64,000 bases of DNA from Octopus vulgaris (taxonomy: Eukaryota). The DNA lies in contig OX597825.1 in assembly GCA_951406725.2 (NCBI GenBank), positions 37,448,001-37,512,000 on the forward strand, given 5' to 3'. Positions 55,704 through 64,000 of the stretch are shown here, piece by piece; the stretch's first letter is position 1; every line of letters begins with the position of its first letter. Position numbers and translations under genes: made by a program. The notes beneath the pieces are model-generated. The model was not told where the DNA came from and did no database searches. It was given only the letters and a program-made list of their open reading frames with translations.

Positions 55704-58075
55704 GTGTATGTGTGTGTATGATTGCGTTGAATGAATGAGTTTAAAACAATTGTGATTGGTACGTTTCATGTCCTATTTTATCCTTTAAAGATAAAGTGGT
55801 CGCTAGGCAAGTAGAAATTTTGAAAATATCCACAGAATGACGGTTTAGTTGCAGGTTTTCTTGCAAAACCACATCAGGGAGGCCGCAATTGTGTTTGTGT
55901 TGAAAGAAAATTCTATGTAGAGTGCACTGGTTACCTTTATGTCATAATGTCCTTTCTGTGATGTTATGATAGGTTAGTATATTTTGTACCTATATTTGTA
56001 TATTTTAACTTAAATTATGTAGTTATCGTACCTTGTATTTCTACGTGTGGGTCTATTATCTTTCAGGGACTTCCAGGCGAATAAAAGTAAAGCTGCATAT
56101 GGCTACAAATGGTATACCATATTTCAGTTACGTCTACTAACTGACCCTTTACATGACATAACAGAAATCAAATTCATCAAATCTGTATCCAGCAGTATTG
56201 CTGTTAGACTCAAGCAAATTACTTATCAAGGGAACATACAATCAGGCGCATTCAGAATGTGATCATCTCATTTCTTAAGAGTATCTCGTATAACATAATT
56301 CAATGTCCCCTTGCCGTTTGCATGACAATATGATATGAAAGATAATTGGTTTCTTTTGTGTTTTCTTCGAGCAGAATGAACGATTGCGTAGTGATCGCCT
56401 CGCTATAGGAAATGGTCACTACGCAATCTCTACACTCAAAGAGAGAGAGCTGAGGCAATGAGAAAATATATTTATCTAATATTGTATTTATAGTGCAAAT
56501 ATATATCTATATCTGATTGCAAATATTTCTTTCTGATTTAAGATTACGTTTGCCCTTCCTTTTGGCATAAAATTGTTCACAACCGCCGTGATAATTCATG
56601 CCTATTCAGTGCGACAAGGACGCTTTAAGACAATACACTAACACTGACAGACTTTCCAATATATTTTGGTAATACATGGTTCCTCCCTTCGTTTGCAGCT
56701 TTCTAAAATCTTTGTATTTATTATTCGTTGATCTTTTCGATTTTCTGAATTTCAGCTATCAGTTTTATTCATTCATCGTGGATTTTACCATGAAAAAGTT
56801 TTGTTGATTATTTTCTAAAAGTTTTTTTTGTACTTCCTCTATGTCTAGTAAATCACTAAGTTTATGTTTTTGTAATGTAATTCAATGTAAAAAAAATATT
56901 TATCTTCGTGGAACATTCGCGCTTGTTTGAATTCTTTCATTCTTTGCACACGACGTATTCTTCAAATGTTTGCTTTTACCTGTAGAAATAATCTTCCGTT
57001 TGTTTCTTGGAGTTATTGAACATCTTTACTTGTAAGTCTTCTAAATAGAATAATCATTTTAGTTTTCGTCGATAACTTGTGTCTGTTTCAAGGCAGATTT
57101 TCCGAATCAGTCTCTTTTATCTCTCATTTTAACTCTAGGGGCATCGGTTGAGTCCCCCACGTTGTGTTGTACCTTACTTGATTTGCATTCGTTATTACTC
57201 AATACGTACTCGTCATCAAGTGTGTGAGTGATCTTCTATGCAGTTTTTGTCTTATTTGAAATATCAGCTATATCATCATCGACTCACACACTTCCCGTTT
57301 AAAAACCAGAAAGCACAGATTAAACAATGCAATGCAAGATACACTATTTCAGAAAACAAGACTAAATAGACATGGTGGGAAAATGTTTTTATCATGATGT
57401 ACAATCAGACTATAACTGGTCTAGACAATATACGTTTTTACTGTGCAAACTTAGTTTGCGAATAATCTGTCAGATAAGGGCTCTGTTCTTATGCAAGGTA
57501 TTCTTTCTTTTTGGTACACACTAGGTAACTAACCGCTTTAATTTATTTGTAATTATACTATCTTATTTTATTATCTGTGTTGTGGCTTACAATATGAACT
57601 AATATTTTCGTTTGCTTTCGTTTACTATTTCTCTTTTTTTTCTCTTCAGCTAACGTTATTCAGTTGTTGTTTAAGATATTCTGTCTTGCTTTCGATAATT
57701 TTATACTGTTTGTGGACAAATATCGAGGTGATTCTTTTTGCAAGATTCGGTAATTCGATTAGGCGATATAGACTAATGTGTATAATTTGACAGTAAATGA
57801 TGCAGTTATAACCTCTAAAAGCGCAGATGCCTTGTATATCTGTCTAAAAAAATTTGGTTTATTGTGGTAGTCTTGACAATGGTACATAGGGCCTCTTTTT
57901 AACTCCTTGAGTTGCTACTTATTCAGTTACATTTATCGATTTCTTACATTTTTAGTGTGATGTTACCATCAAGCCTTGTAGAATAAGATTTTTAATTTAA
58001 CATGAATGTAATTTATTATGTGTTGTTTCCTATAAATGTTCAATATATACCTAGCTAACTATTCTCTTTTTGCAG

Positions 58076-59093
58076 TTGTAGAAGTCCATGTGACAACGGC
58101 GAACGAACGTGAATCAAATATTAAATAGAAAGTTACGAACCTGAACTTTTAGCAGGCTCTCAACCTTTTAATCACAAACCTTCAGAGATTAAAAAATTGT
58201 TACAAAACTGTATAGCATCTGACTGAAATAACGCGTAATGTTTTAAGTACGAGTTGGCCACCTCCCGATGCCAGACTTTTTGTTGCTGTTGCACATGTAT
58301 GTATCTTTTTTTGTCTGTTCTGTTACTACAGACTTAATATGGTCTGAGGAAATGTGTCCCAGGATAGAAAACAACAGCCCGCGTTATAGGTGTGCGTGTG
58401 TGTCTGAGTACCGATGGTACACCTCGAATTTGGTGACGGTATGCCATTGTTCCTTTTAGATGATTGTTCTGTGGTTAGAGGAAGGGACAAACTCATGAGC
58501 AATACGGTTAATTACAGAGAAATCAGTTGAGAGGAATCTGCTTTTAAAAGGTCGGACATATTTGGCTAACGCATGCAATATCTCCGTTAATTATAACGCC
58601 GTAACCGTTCGAATTTGTTTTAATTTTCATCTCAGTACGTCTGCACTGCCGCTTCTTGTGGAAGGGAGAATTCTACTGACCAGGAATGAATTTGTACATA
58701 AGCAATAACTGATAATTACTGTGATTAGGAGGCATGTATTAAGCCTACAGCAACTGCAAAAACTTCGGTACGATGTGAGATGCCATATGTGAATAACCTG
58801 GCATAATGATGACAGACTGATGCTCGAAGTGGCAAAACATGTCTAGCATGGCGCTGTTCTTGACGCCGACTACGATGAACTGAACTTTCTATTATGGAAG
58901 AATTTCAGCCTCAAGATTCTGGATACATTCAGTGTTGTTGGTTCCGATGGGCATTTAGGGTTTGAGATAAAGTCTTCAGACTCTGCCATTTGCGGCTAAT
59001 GGAGATTATATTTTGTTTTGCAAGTGTATCATCAGTGGCCACCTGAACTACTGACTGGTGTCAGGTGCTGGAACAGATCCAGCCATCAATTAT
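58076..59093 (+). pseudogene. Decayed Toll-like receptor pseudogene (locus H)
   Basis: Follows a CTCTTTTTGCAG acceptor-like site. LRR-CT VCHCSF*MIVLWL (58439), LLKGRTYLANAC, TIR box1-like YDV...HNDDR (58769-58816), box2-like SGKTCLAWR (shifted frame), SGYIQCCWFRWAF, box3-like VYHQWPPELLTGVRCWNR (59024-59077). Confidence 0.65.
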
Positions 59094-59829
59094 AAAAAAG
59101 CATATTTTTGCTCCCCATGTGTATGTCTTTCATACACTTCTTTACAAACCTTTGTGGCAAAGAAATAATAATTATTGCTTGTATAACATCGTCATTGGCA
59201 ATAATATTGACAAAATCAAGAAAGAACTGTGATTTCACGGTGAATTTTCTACATTAAAATTTGAAAGGTTATTATAATCGGTTGGATATTTCTTGAGAGA
59301 TATATTTATCTGAATTACAGATTGGAATTAAACTTATGGTGCAATAATTTGCTGCTAACTAGTGAAATAGTATTTCATTTAAACCTGACGGAAGCCAAAA
59401 CCAATGCAACATAATTACAGTGACAGTACATTCATTAAAACATTTGAATGAGACCTTTCTTCATTTATTATTTTATATGAAATATTTGTAATTGTATTTT
59501 ATTTCACATTAATGGGACTACTGTCTGATAATAGCTATATTATGTATAATACTAAATATTGCGTTGCGAATTATATGGTGTCATAATTTATCCATGTTTT
59601 CTCAGGTATTTTAGTCGATATTATTCAAATTTTTAAGTCCTTGTTATTTATTGTAACAGCTAGCGATTAATCATTTAAAATTTCGCACTAATTATGATTC
59701 GTAATAATAACAAAGTTATGCATATACAAACAAATTTATACATATGATTCATTTAGTCGTGTTGTATCTTACTCGTTGCATATATTGCTAAACTATGAGA
59801 TAAGTATTATTTATGCATCTTTTATAAGT

Positions 59830-62200
<2,371 letters not shown>

Positions 62201-63479
62201 AATCAGTATTCTATGTTCTGACACAACTATACATACATGCATAATATGTGTGTGTGTGTATACATGTATATACATGTATATACAATCATGTATTCATAAT
62301 ATGTGTATGCATATATGTATACTATATATATATATATATACATCCAGGATGTGTGTGTATGCGTGTGTGCGCGTATTTGTGTGTATATATATATACACAC
62401 GCATATAAATAACAAAGTTCGATTTGTAATGCTAGGATTTTCTGTAATCTAATGTTTTATTTTGAATTATACTAAAGGTATTCTTTCATAAACTTCCTCA
62501 GTTTTTCTTTGTCTCTTAATCTGGTGGCTGATTCGTTTATTCCATTTATTGTTGTGGTTGTTTTATTTAATATTCAGTAGATTCTTGTAAGGTTTCTTTC
62601 ATCTAGCATATTAAAGAGACGTTCACAGTTTTTAATCCATTTGATAAATTGTAGCTTTGTTAAAATATATCGTTGTAAATCTCTCTGTTCTCTTAGTAAT
62701 TTCCTTTCTTGTTTGATATAATATCGTGCGTCTATTCCTAAAACTTATTCTTTTCCCCTCTTGTTTCTAATATTTCAATCTTCTCTGTCTAGTTTACTAC
62801 GTATTGGTAAGACTCTTATCTATCTCCAGAACTTCCTTTCAATTGCTTTTATCTACATAGTTATTATGGATGTGGAAACGAATTCATTTACTATTTCTTC
62901 AGGGTGTCCTCCATTACTCTCGATATGACAATTGCAACTGTGTTGGTTATTCGTCTGAATGTTTTCATCTTGTCATATCTTTCTAAAATATCTCTAAATA
63001 CCTCAGTAAAACCTGGCTGTAATTGTTTCTTCTTGCTTTGTTATAGACTTCTTCTTCTTCTTCTTCGTCGTCTTCTTCTTCTTCTTCTTCTTCTTCTTCT
63101 TCTTCTTCTTCTTCTTCTTTTTCTTCTTCTCACCAACTTCCTCATTCCCATGATCACCATTATCTTAATCATCAACAGCATCACCACCATCACCATCCGC
63201 AACGAAGACTACAACAACGAAGACTACAACAACGACGACAACGACAACCACCGCCACCGCTACCACACCAAAACCACCACCACCACCGCCACCGCCACCG
63301 CTACCGCAGTTAGTTTCATAAGCATTTCTTATGCAGCATCAAGCGGCCATTCGTGTTTCCTGAGGTTTATATTGGGAGCAGTGTTTCTCGGAGTGTAGAA
63401 AATATTTGTGCACTCGATCATTTTCATTTTGTTGTGAGATTAGTTTATAGTGTAACATTTAGATAAAATTTTGACTAAA

Positions 63480-64000
63480 ATATATACAAAATTATTTATG
63501 CTTCTTATTTAACGAAATTTATGTTCCGCAACTGGTCAACCCATTGTCTCATACATTTATGTGCCCAGTGTTGAGTTTGTGAGAGCATGTGCTGTAGGAA
63601 CCGTATCTTTTCTTTTCTAATATCACACGATAGCAATTGTTCAGATTTTGAAGTATGTAAGATAAGCGTTTGATGTTGTTTCAGCTGAATATCTATTTAT
63701 CGGTTAAACCATAATATTTTTTGCAAAACTAACATCATCTCCGATATATACCTTACCGCATTTTTGGCGCAAACCTCTTATTGTAGAAAGTTAACATGCA
63801 ACCGTCTCACTTTCTGATATTGTATTGGGTTGTTCGGAAAGTTCGTGCCGATTTATAGTAGCTTAACTTTCGACTTATTTTAGAACATGTTTGAGTCCAT
63901 AAAATAGGATCTGATTACACCTCCATTTGGAGCGCAGTATAAGCTATCTTTGCGTGGAAGAAGATGCATTTTCCTATAACCTGTGTTAATTCTGTAATCC
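63480..64000 (-). mobile_element. Old Penelope-like linker/GIY-YIG relic running off the window end
   Basis: Minus KIAYT.LPN-like segment, KYYGLTD, and a terminal C-R/G-HKF-like motif, with many disruptions. Confidence 0.5.

Noticed and set aside
58720-58970. Regnase/N4BP1-like NYN RNase reading (HNDDRLMLEVAKH...)
   Set aside because: The resemblance is superficial. The ordered LRR-CT, TIR box2, WC-region and box3 motifs fit a TLR better, though an HMM search should test both.

Overview
AT-rich, microsatellite-saturated eukaryotic genomic DNA, most likely an octopus (coleoid cephalopod), inferred from its tRNA-derived SINE families. I found no intact protein-coding gene, and most ORF-track entries are translated microsatellites. 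Two things stand out on manual reading. (1) The non-repeat blocks carry, in register, remnants of signal peptide, LRR-NT, LRR, LRR-CT (CxC), transmembrane and TIR box1/2/3 motifs broken by stops and frameshifts. They suggest about nine decayed Toll-like-receptor-like loci in alternating orientation, one possibly with two TIR domains. (2) Penelope-like retroelement (PLE) derivatives carry minimal type I hammerhead ribozyme motifs. These include a young non-coding 2.2 kb element with near-identical 432/433 bp inverted arms, each holding an intact hammerhead, and a head-to-head pair of tRNA-headed, hammerhead-tailed SINE-like units. The window also has PLE RT/GIY-YIG relics, R4/Dong-like RLE LINE relics in (AAT)n, CR1-group LINE 3' ends, an internally deleted mariner and several foldback/MITE elements. 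All protein calls are by-eye motif recognition in degraded frames and need HMM confirmation.
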